This document shows, piece by piece, positions 1 through 7,024 of a DNA stretch of 14,764 nucleotides (positions within the stretch are counted from its first letter, which is position 1; each line of letters opens with the position of its first letter). The stretch is taken from positions 1 through 14,764 of the forward strand of contig JAYUUO010000082.1 of NCBI GenBank assembly GCA_043754515.1. The letters are read 5' to 3'. The position numbers and the translations under genes are program-made. The notes beneath the pieces are model-generated. The model had not been told where the DNA came from. It did no database searches and saw only the letters and a list, made by a program, of their open reading frames with translations. The DNA comes from Armatimonadota bacterium. GTDB lineage: Bacteria > Armatimonadota > Armatimonadia > Armatimonadales > Armatimonadaceae.

Positions 1-389
1 GGAATGCACCGCCGCGTTGTCCCTGATCAAAACATCCCCCGCCTCTAAACACGAAAGAACATTATCGAAAACAAAATCGGTCACCGTGTCGGCTTTGACC
101 GAACCTTCTTGGATTCGCCAGCAGAGCGTTTTTGAGAGGCTACAAACGCCGATAACACTCTGGTTTTTTTGAACGTGTAGCCCCGTCGGGCGAAGTTCTG
201 ATGCACGGCGGAATACGACAACACAACCCCTTGCTCTTTAAGCCATGCTTGGTGGTCGGCGAGAGTCGCGTTGGGCATTTCTTGGGCGCGCTTTTCTAAG
301 GCTTGCCATATTTCCGGGGTGATGCGTGCTTTGGCTCCCGGAGCAGTACCGGGGGCAAGCGAGGCGGTTTGAACGAAACGCTCTATGTA
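1..389 (-). pseudogene. IS630 transposase pseudogene; the N-terminus and the first catalytic Asp region appear to be missing
   Basis: There is no start codon, and an in-frame TGA (410-408) lies just upstream. The segment normally found between the KK frameshift site and 'N.SVIG', including the DE(S/T)G motif, is absent. Confidence 0.75.
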
Positions 390-397
390 AATCGCTT

Positions 398-425
398 TTT
401 TACAACTTCAGTTAGATACGCTATA
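398..425 (-). repeat. Putative left terminal inverted repeat of the IS630 plus TA target dinucleotide (424-425)
   Basis: The minus strand reads TA TAGCGTATCTAACTGAAGTTGTAAAA. IS630 elements duplicate TA. The partner repeat would lie outside the window, so it cannot be confirmed. Confidence 0.5.
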
Positions 426-1083
426 TGTCTTCGTCCGAGGTGCATGAGGGGCGTCGCCTTCCTACTAAATTAGTTACCCTCGCGAGAGATAGCCAAAGTG
501 CTCGTACCGCATATGGCTGGTATGGTCCAGAGCAGGTAGATCGTCTTATCTGCTGTTCTATGAAGCATTTAGTTGGATCGGGTCGCTGGATGCTTCACGC
601 GAACTTCGCATCGTTAGTACCACGCATGCCTCGCCGAGCCCGCGAGGGCTTTAAGATAATCGCTGTGTATCAGTACTGTGATGATCGGTGGGAGTCAAGG
701 AGCGAGGTTTTCATTGTGCCATCGGAGTTTCCGACGGTGGACAATCAAGACGCTGGGATCTACATTTATGCGTCTACAGAGCACACTCCCCCTGAGATAC
801 CTAACAAAGTGAAGAAGCGAATGAGTGAGGTTAAAGAAACAGGCGAAGCATTCATAGTTCAGGTGGTTTTGATGAGTTGCTGTCGTCGAAGGAATTCATC
901 AATCATATTTATGATTCGTTACGAGAAGATGTTGAGCAGGCTATGGGATGGAGCGAGATCGGTCGCGAACGCTCGAACCACTGGGCGAACCGCTCTATTC
1001 GGTTCGTTGCTCAAAATCCTGGCATGAGTATCGCAACTGATTTCACTACGTACTCGAATTATTTCGACTGGCCAGCACTATAG
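425..1083 (+). pseudogene. Lower-GC hypothetical gene remnant, probably 5'-truncated by the IS and frameshifted near 835-870
   Basis: ORF 425-1027 starts at the IS TA junction with no RBS. A second frame, open from 835 to 1083 (…GGFDELLSSKEFINHIYDSLREDVEQAMGW…), looks more protein-like than the tail of the first. GC is visibly lower than in the downstream genes. No family recognised. Confidence 0.35.
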
Positions 1084-1289
1084 TTGTGTAGTGACTCTGT
1101 ACGAATTCGAGAAGTGCATCCGGCCCAAAGCAACCATAGACTTAAACATGCTCGCCCTGCTCCACAGCCATGTCAGAATCAGCAAAGCAACAGGCATAGG
1201 ATGGCACTCTCCGAGCGAGGCTTCTGCCCGCGCGGCGCACCCCGATTGACCGCGCGATCACGATGACGAAAATAAATTTTCCGATATAC

Positions 1290-1318
1290 TTGACAATCTA
1301 ATCGGTTAGATGTATTAT
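1290..1318 (+). promoter_or_regulatory. Sigma70-type promoter for the lacI cassette
   Basis: TTGACA (1290-1295), a 17-bp spacer, then TATTAT (1313-1318). An AT-rich tract lies upstream (AAAATAAATTTT, 1269-1280). Confidence 0.85.
1296..1311. promoter_or_regulatory. LacI-type operator O1, in the promoter spacer
   Basis: ATCTAATCGGTTAGAT is a 16-bp palindrome with one mismatched pair and the central CG typical of LacI/GalR operators. Confidence 0.8.
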
Positions 1319-1332
1319 CTAACCGGTTCACA
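1317..1332. promoter_or_regulatory. LacI-type operator O2, over the -10 element and expected start site
   Basis: ATCTAACCGGTTCACA matches O1 at 11 of its first 12 bases. Its centre is 21 bp from the centre of O1. Confidence 0.7.
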
Positions 1333-1350
1333 TAGCAGAGAACACACGAA

Positions 1351-2415
1351 ATGGTTATGCAAACGACACGCCCTCCGAAGATGACCATACGCGACGTCGC
1401 TAAAGCGAGCGGCGTCTCCGTCGCCACCGTATCCTACGTCCTGAATAACGGGCCGCGCCCGGTGAACGCCCTGACGCGCGAACACGTCCTTGGTGTGATC
1501 AGCCGGATGAACTACCGGCCCGACGCGACGGCGCAACGACTGAGCGGGCGCAAGATGCGCACCATCGGCGTTCACTTCGGCAACATCGAGGCTGACATTC
1601 TGACCAACCCTTTCGCCGCCACCGTGTTGCAAGGGATCGTGTCGGCGGCGAGCAGGGCGCGCTACAACGTCACCCTGTTCACCACCCCCTGGGAGGACGC
1701 CGGTACGTCGGCGGTTGAGTTCCGCGACGGTCGCACGGACGGCGTTCTTGTAATCGCGCCTGTGACGGACTCCGACGTCGTGTCGGGCCTCGCGGCGTTA
1801 GATATACCCGTCGTCTGCGTCGCAAGCCCCAGTTGCGTCCCGTGCGTCCCCTTCGTAGAGGTGAATAACCGCCGGGGCGCGGAGATGGCTACCGAGTACC
1901 TGCTCGCGCTCGGACACACCCGGATCGCCTTCCTTGGGGGCGACCGGAACCACTCCGACGCCGTCGCGCGCAGGGACACTTTTCTCGCCACCATGGACGC
2001 GGCGGGGGTGTCGGTTCCCACGGAGCACGTGCCCGAAGGCACCTACTACTGGCCGCGGGCGGTGGACAACATCCGGCGCCTGCTCACGTCGGCGAACCGC
2101 CCTACCGCCCTTTTCGCCGGCAATGACACGCTCGCGATTCTGGCGATGGAGATGGCGCGGTCACTCGGTCTGACGATCCCCGGCGATCTTTCGGTCGTCG
2201 GGTTCGACGATCTGCCGAACGCGGCTCTGGTGTCGCCGCCGCTGACCACCGTCCGGCAGCCCCTCACGCAAATCGGGGCGGTCGCGACGGAGACCCTTAT
2301 CCGTATCATAGAGGGCGATACCAGCGTACAGGGTGCTGATTCGGAGGAGATGCCGATGTGTCGGTATCTGGACGCGGAACTGGTGGTTCGCGCCTCCTGT
2401 CGCTTAATCGTTTAA
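1351..2415 (+). CDS. LacI/GalR-family transcriptional repressor
   Basis: N-terminal HTH '[21 protein letters not shown]', hinge '[10 protein letters not shown]', and a sugar-binding domain with 'PTALFAGND' and '[21 protein letters not shown]'. Confidence 0.97.
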   Translation: MVMQTTRPPKMTIRDVAKASGVSVATVSYVLNNGPRPVNALTREHVLGVISRMNYRPDATAQRLSGRKMRTIGVHFGNIEADILTNPFAATVLQGIVSAASRARYNVTLFTTPWEDAGTSAVEFRDGRTDGVLVIAPVTDSDVVSGLAALDIPVVCVASPSCVPCVPFVEVNNRRGAEMATEYLLALGHTRIAFLGGDRNHSDAVARRDTFLATMDAAGVSVPTEHVPEGTYYWPRAVDNIRRLLTSANRPTALFAGNDTLAILAMEMARSLGLTIPGDLSVVGFDDLPNAALVSPPLTTVRQPLTQIGAVATETLIRIIEGDTSVQGADSEEMPMCRYLDAELVVRASCRLIV

Positions 2416-2417
2416 GC
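2402..2417. promoter_or_regulatory. Candidate third LacI-type operator overlapping the lacI stop codon
   Basis: GCTTAATCGTTTAAGC is a 16-bp palindrome with one mismatched pair. Its core TAATCGTTTA matches the O1 core TAATCGGTTA at 9 of 10 positions. Confidence 0.5.
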
Positions 2418-2450
2418 TGTTTGGATCTGTTTCAAGAAAGGACAACTATC

Positions 2451-3344
2451 ATGTCGTCTCAAGTATTGGTGCCAGGGAACGGAACGCGTCGGGCGTTCAC
2501 GCTAATCGAGTTGCTAGTCGTTATCGCAATTATCGCTATACTAGCCGCTATTTTGTTTCCCGTTTTCGCGCAGGCGCGCGAGAAGGCGCGTTCTATCTCG
2601 TGCCTCTCCAATCTCAAGCAAGTCGGGCTGTCCGTGATGCAATACGAACAGGACTTTGAAGAAACAACCCCGAACGGCGTCAACCCGTACGGCGGAGGTA
2701 ATGGATGGGCCGGGCAAGTTTACACCTACGTCCGGAGCGTGAATGTGTTCCACTGCCCGAGCGACGACACGCAGACTACCCCATTCTCATCCTACGGCTT
2801 TAACAAAGATGTCTCGATTCCGTCCCCGACCGCGCCCAGCGGTTCGCCCTCGTCGTACACCCTTTCTCAGTACGCCGCGCCCGCGCGAACGGTGTTGCTA
2901 TTCGAGGTCGCCAACAGCGGCGGCTTCGACATCACGCTCCCCGCGACCAATCCCGGCTCGGACAATTACGTGCCGTACTTCGGTGGCTCGGCGGCGGGCA
3001 ATGGCAACGGCGGCGCGTATGACCCTGGCGGCTACAACGCGCAACCAAGCGCGGGCACCCCGCAAGACGGATTCATCAAGTATGCCACCGGGTTCATGAA
3101 CGGCGTTACGGCGACGAATCAAGGTTCGTATCTGTCCGCGAAAGGCCGCCATACGGAAGGGTCGAATTACCTCATGGTGGACGGCCATGCCAAGTGGTTA
3201 CGCGGGTCGCAAGTGTCCCCCGGCTACAACGCCGCTTCCGAAACCGCGACTCAAACGACCGGGGGTGAGGGCGCGACGGCGGCGGGAACCAGCGGTGCAT
3301 TCCCGGACGGCAAGATCCCATCGGTGACCTTCAGCGTGCGTTGA
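2451..3344 (+). CDS. Prepilin-type N-terminal cleavage/methylation protein, DUF1559 (SBP_bac_10) family, with C-terminal H-X9-DG motif
   Basis: '[43 protein letters not shown]' at the N-terminus and '[17 protein letters not shown]' near the C-terminus. The start is moved to ATG 2451, after RBS AAAGGA, because the ORF-track start at 2358 overlaps lacI. Confidence 0.95.
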   Translation: MSSQVLVPGNGTRRAFTLIELLVVIAIIAILAAILFPVFAQAREKARSISCLSNLKQVGLSVMQYEQDFEETTPNGVNPYGGGNGWAGQVYTYVRSVNVFHCPSDDTQTTPFSSYGFNKDVSIPSPTAPSGSPSSYTLSQYAAPARTVLLFEVANSGGFDITLPATNPGSDNYVPYFGGSAAGNGNGGAYDPGGYNAQPSAGTPQDGFIKYATGFMNGVTATNQGSYLSAKGRHTEGSNYLMVDGHAKWLRGSQVSPGYNAASETATQTTGGEGATAAGTSGAFPDGKIPSVTFSVR

Positions 3345-3353
3345 GGAGATACG

Positions 3354-3575
3354 ATGAGAAGTTACCTGACACCTGTAATAACGGCGGCTATCGCGTGCTT
3401 ACTGCTCCTGCCGCAGGGATGCGCCCGGCAGGACGCGGTACCCAAGTCGGCCGCGAACAGAGCGCAACCACGCGCGTCCGACACCAGCACGTCCGCGCCG
3501 TCGGAAACCAAGCGACAAAAGGACGCGCACGCCTACGCGGATTATATGGCGGCGCACCCAACCCCTCAAAAGTGA
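3354..3575 (+). CDS. Small putative lipoprotein (73 aa)
   Basis: RBS GAGGAG at 3343-3348 overlaps the upstream stop. The hydrophobic signal ends in lipobox-like LPQG|C, followed by a low-complexity linker and a short C-terminal helix-like segment. Confidence 0.75.
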   Translation: MRSYLTPVITAAIACLLLLPQGCARQDAVPKSAANRAQPRASDTSTSAPSETKRQKDAHAYADYMAAHPTPQK

Positions 3576-3632
3576 GGGGAGACTCCGGGAAGAATGTTTC
3601 TTCCCACGACCGACACCGAGGAAGGTATCAAA

Positions 3633-4460
3633 ATGGTAAACAAACGATTCGCGACGCTCGTAGGCACTCTCGCCACGATCACCCTATTGACCGCGCTGGC
3701 GGTTCGCCCCGCTCGGGCAGACTTCAAAGTTCCGAACGGGAACTACTTCCAGAGCGACCCGTGGGGGAGTGCCTTCGACACCAGCGGATGGCAGACAGTG
3801 TGGCAGGATCAGTCCGGCTTCGGCGCGACCTGGGACTGGCACTACGGCACCGCCGGGTACGACTCGATCAAGGCCTACCCGAGCTGGATCGTCGGCTGGG
3901 TTTTCGGCGGTAGCTTTCCCGGCACCGACCGTCACGGGTTCCCTGTCGCCGTGTCGAACAACCCCCCGATTCCGACGAAATGGGCGTATTCGCTCTGGGG
4001 CAACAACATCTACGACGCCTCGTTCGACGTATGGGTTATCGCCTCGCCGGGCGCGACCTACCCCTCCGGCGAGATAATGGTGTGGCTGAACGAGAACGGG
4101 CTAAACCCGATCAAGAACTGGGGCAGTTCCGCGCCCGGACAGCGTATCACAGACGCGGCGGGACGCGCCGCGCCCGGAACGTACACGGTGTATTGGGGCA
4201 ACACGAACGACGGTCAGGGGCACACGTGGCCGGTATGGTCATTCGTGCTCGACGCGCCGTATCGCACGACCAGCTGGAACAGCAATCTCGCCCCCTTTGT
4301 GGCAAACGTCGCGGCGAGCAACAGTTGGGTTCGCAGCCAGTACATCGGCGGGGTACAGGGCGGGATCGAGATCGCCGACTCCAATCCAGGCAACCCGTCG
4401 GGAAGCGCGACGGGCGGATTCCACACCAACTGGGGCGACTTCTGGAGCAGCGCGTACTAA
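3633..4460 (+). CDS. Secreted glycoside hydrolase family 12 (endoglucanase/xyloglucanase-like)
   Basis: The signal peptide ends in ARA|DF. GH12-like motifs occur in order: QSDPWG, IKAYPS, YDASFDVW, GEIMVWL (nucleophile Glu), NPI, WSFV, YIGGVQGGIEI (acid/base Glu). RBS GAGGAAGG precedes ATG 3633. Confidence 0.85.
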   Translation: MVNKRFATLVGTLATITLLTALAVRPARADFKVPNGNYFQSDPWGSAFDTSGWQTVWQDQSGFGATWDWHYGTAGYDSIKAYPSWIVGWVFGGSFPGTDRHGFPVAVSNNPPIPTKWAYSLWGNNIYDASFDVWVIASPGATYPSGEIMVWLNENGLNPIKNWGSSAPGQRITDAAGRAAPGTYTVYWGNTNDGQGHTWPVWSFVLDAPYRTTSWNSNLAPFVANVAASNSWVRSQYIGGVQGGIEIADSNPGNPSGSATGGFHTNWGDFWSSAY

Positions 4461-4472
4461 AGCACGGAGACT

Positions 4473-4511
4473 GATACTGGCCAGGCACGCGTGCCGGGCC
4501 AGTATCTTCTT
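4473..4511. terminator. Stem-loop between the convergent GH12 and oligopeptidase B genes; probable terminator
   Basis: GATACTGGCC-a-GGCAC-gc-GTGCC-g-GGCCAGTATC (4473-4506), followed by TTCTT on the plus strand. Confidence 0.7.
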
Positions 4512-4527
4512 GGCTTCATCCCGTTTC

Positions 4528-6579
4528 TTACTCGACCCCGAGCACCGACAGCACGAACGCGTAGTCCATCGCCGTCTCCTTCAGCGCGTCGTAGCGCCCC
4601 GACGACCCCCCGTGCCCCGCCGCCATGTTCGTGTGGAGCAGGAGCGGCGCGTCGTTCGTTCTCAGCGTGCGCAACCGCGCCGTGTACTTCGCCGGTTCCC
4701 AGTACATCACCTGCGAATCGTTGAGCGACGTCCGCAAGAGCGTCGCCGGGTACTCCTTCGCCGCGAGATTCGTGTACGGGCAGTACGTTTTCATATACTC
4801 GTACTCGTCCTTGACGTGCGGGTTGCCCCACTCGATATACTCGCCTATCGTCAGCGGCAAGGTCTCGTCCAGCATCGTGTTGAGGACGTCGAGGAACGGC
4901 ACCAGCGAAACGACGGCTTTTGCCAGGTCGGGGCGCAGGTTCACCACCGCGCCCATCAGCAGACCGCCCGCGCTCCCGCCACGTATGGATAGCTTCGCGT
5001 GCGTGGTGTAATTTTCGGAAACAAGGAAGTCGGCGCACGCGATGAAGTCCGTGAACGTGTTGCGCTTGTGCTTCATCTTGCCATCGTTGTGCCACGGCTT
5101 GCCGTTCTCGCCGCCGCCACGGATGTGCCCGATCGCGAACACGAAACCCCGATCCAGGAGCGACAGGAGCGACGGCTGGAAGGTCGCCGGGATCACGATG
5201 CCGTACGACCCGTAGCCGTACAAGAGGCACGGCGCGGAGCCGTCCACCGGCGTATCCTTGCGGCGCACGAGCGAGACCGGCACTGGCGTGCCGTCGGGCG
5301 CGGTGGCGAACCGGTACTCCGAGATATACAGGGAGCGGTCGTAGCCGCCGAGAACCGGAGTCTCCTTCAGGAGCGTCCGCTCGCCGGTGACCATGTTGTA
5401 ATCATAAACGGTGGCCGGGGTGACCAGGGACGCGTACCGGTAGCGGAACGTGTCGGTGTCGAACTCGCGGTTCGCCTCGCCCTGCAACGCGTATGTCGGC
5501 TCGGGGAAGTTTACCGGATGATCCGCGCCTGTCGCGAGGTCGCGCACCACCAGTCGCGGCAATCCGCCTTCCCGCTCCTCGACCACGAAATGACGCGCGA
5601 ACACGGACAGATCCTCGATCATCACCTCCGGGCGGAGCGCGACGATTTCCGTCCAGTCGCCGGGGGCGCCGACCGGCGCGGTGACCAGTCGGAAGTTGAC
5701 CGCCTCTTTATTGGTGCGGATGTAGAACAGCCCGTCCCGGTGATCCAGGTAATACTCATGCTCCGCCTCGCGCGGCAGGATCAGGGTCAGGGGCGCGGTC
5801 GGGGCATCGGCGCGCAGGTAGTGGTACTCGGTGGACGTGGACGAGGCCGACCCGATGAACACGAACGCCTTGTCGCGCGAGCGGTACAGGAACGCGCGGT
5901 ACAGCCCATCGCCCTCCTCGTAGATCGTGACGTCGTTCGCCGCGTCCGGCTCGCCGACCGTGTGCCGGAAAATCCGGTACGGGCGTTTCGTCTCGTCCTC
6001 GGTCACATAGAACAGATACTTGCCGTCCGCCGACCAGACCGCGCCGTCCACCTTCGTGAGCGTGTCCGGCAACAGTTCGCCGGTCGCGAGGTTCTTGATG
6101 CGGAGCGTGTACTCCCGAAACCCGGTGACATCGGTGGTGTAAGCGAGCAATTTAGTGTCGTCGCTCACGGCATAGGCACCGACGCTCAGGAACGATTCGC
6201 CTTCGGCGAGCCGGTTGACATCGAGCGTGACCTGTTCGGGCGCGACTTCGGTGTGCTTGCGGCAGTAGATCGGGTACTGCTTGCCCTCTTCGGTGCGGGT
6301 GTAATACAGATAATCGTTGTCGGGGTAGGGCACGGACAGGTCGGTTTCCTGGATCCGCGCCAGAATCTCGTTATAGAGCGTGTCGCGCAGAGCCGTGGTC
6401 GGTTGGAGGAACACGGCATCCGTGTAGGCATTCTCGGCTTCGAGATAAGCGGTCACTTCGGGCGTCCCTTTTTGGCGGAGCCAGAAATACGGGTCGGACA
6501 AAGCGTCGCCGTGGATGGCGAGGGTGTGAGGGCGGGTCGGGCAAACGGGCGCGGACGCGGTGGAAAGATTAAGCGGCAC
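4528..6579 (-). CDS. ptrB: Oligopeptidase B (protease II), peptidase family S9A
   Basis: 'DPYFWLR..YLEAENAYT', a beta-propeller region, 'LLYGYGSYG', nucleophile 'GGSAGG', Asp in 'NDSQVMYWEPAK' and His in 'AGHGG'. GTG start with AGGAG upstream. Confidence 0.95.
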   Translation of the reverse strand: MPLNLSTASAPVCPTRPHTLAIHGDALSDPYFWLRQKGTPEVTAYLEAENAYTDAVFLQPTTALRDTLYNEILARIQETDLSVPYPDNDYLYYTRTEEGKQYPIYCRKHTEVAPEQVTLDVNRLAEGESFLSVGAYAVSDDTKLLAYTTDVTGFREYTLRIKNLATGELLPDTLTKVDGAVWSADGKYLFYVTEDETKRPYRIFRHTVGEPDAANDVTIYEEGDGLYRAFLYRSRDKAFVFIGSASSTSTEYHYLRADAPTAPLTLILPREAEHEYYLDHRDGLFYIRTNKEAVNFRLVTAPVGAPGDWTEIVALRPEVMIEDLSVFARHFVVEEREGGLPRLVVRDLATGADHPVNFPEPTYALQGEANREFDTDTFRYRYASLVTPATVYDYNMVTGERTLLKETPVLGGYDRSLYISEYRFATAPDGTPVPVSLVRRKDTPVDGSAPCLLYGYGSYGIVIPATFQPSLLSLLDRGFVFAIGHIRGGGENGKPWHNDGKMKHKRNTFTDFIACADFLVSENYTTHAKLSIRGGSAGGLLMGAVVNLRPDLAKAVVSLVPFLDVLNTMLDETLPLTIGEYIEWGNPHVKDEYEYMKTYCPYTNLAAKEYPATLLRTSLNDSQVMYWEPAKYTARLRTLRTNDAPLLLHTNMAAGHGGSSGRYDALKETAMDYAFVLSVLGVE

Positions 6580-6621
6580 GGGGCTGAAATACTCCTGATC
6601 GGTTTCTACGATGCTAGGGGT

Positions 6622-6630
6622 ATGGTATCA
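6622..6630 (-). promoter_or_regulatory. Candidate extended -10 promoter for ptrB
   Basis: The minus strand reads TG-A-TACCAT (TGnTAnnnT) about 43 bp upstream of the start. Confidence 0.45.
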
Positions 6631-6753
6631 CGCGACGGGGTTGCGGTAGTGAGCGGGGATCAACGATCCCCGGCCCGCCTGGGACGGGTTGCGGTTGGCC
6701 TCGCTGGTTCGGCCTCCCCCGCGCTAGCCCGGAGCCGGTGGCGGGTGGCCTCA

Positions 6754-6953
6754 CTCGTCGGACTCCCACCCCCTAGCCCCCTCCCTCAATCCTTGAGAGA
6801 GGGGGAACCTCGCCTGCTCACATTGGAGGGCTTGTCTGTGCTCCCAGCGGGTTGAATGTCTAGGGGGGACGAGATGCCTCACGATTCCTACAAGCGGAGT
6901 TCCCCCTCCCTCAAGGATTGAGGGAGGGGGCTAGGGGGTGGGAGTCCGACGAG
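6754..6953. repeat. REP/REPIN- or MITE-like element: two 55-bp inverted arms around a 90-bp spacer
   Basis: Arm 6754-6808 equals the reverse complement of arm 6899-6953 at 54 of 55 positions. Each arm holds its own hairpin, CCCCCTCCCTCAA-3 nt-TTGAG(A/G)GAGGGGG. Confidence 0.9.
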
Positions 6954-7024
6954 CGGGGGGAGGATTTACCGGTTCCAGGCGCACAAAGGGTCAAGGCATA
7001 CCCGACAGTCAAACAAACAGCCAA

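Larger units (their letters stand above)
1..425 (-). mobile_element. IS630-family insertion sequence remnant (left end, partial orfA, partial orfB), running off the window start
   Basis: The minus-strand frame 389-165 reads YIERFVQTASLAPGTAPGAKARITPEIWQALEKRAQEMPNATLADHQAWLKEQGVVLSYSAVHQNFARRGYTFKK, which resembles the IS630 HTH region. An A7 run lies at 170-164. The -1 frame 165-1 reads NQSVIGVCSLSKTLCWRIQEGSVKADTVTDFVFDNVLSCLEAGDVLIRDNAAVHS, carrying the IS630 DDE 'DNAxxH' motif. The element ends in TA|TAGCG... at 425-419. Confidence 0.85.

Noticed and set aside
1084..1266. 60-aa ORF between the orphan remnant and the promoter
   Set aside because: TTG start with no RBS and no protein-like features. 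Probably intergenic.
2358..2450. ORF-track N-terminal extension of the DUF1559 protein
   Set aside because: It overlaps lacI. ATG 2451 has an RBS and gives a normal short prepilin leader.
3341..3913. 190-aa ORF overlapping the lipoprotein and GH12 genes
   Set aside because: An Arg-rich off-frame product. The two overlapped genes have RBSs and signal peptides.
6598..6608. TAGAAACCGAT shared between the ptrB leader (minus strand) and the pseudokinase leader (11273-11283)
   Set aside because: Single 11-mer matches are expected by chance in a window this size. It is not palindromic and only partly resembles the LacI operator.
6634..6695. GACGGG(G)TTGCGGT direct repeat flanking a GGGGATC-AAC-GATCCCC hairpin
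   Set aside because: Short, GC-rich and present in only two copies, so too weak to assign a function.
4999..6855. 618-aa plus-strand ORF (and others at 4297-4992 and 4625-5011)
   Set aside because: Antisense shadow of ptrB caused by high-GC codon bias. It is Arg/Val-rich with no motifs.
6754..6953. CRISPR array or intact IS interpretation of the repeat
   Set aside because: There are only two copies and they are inverted, with no cas genes, no transposase inside and no clear target duplication.
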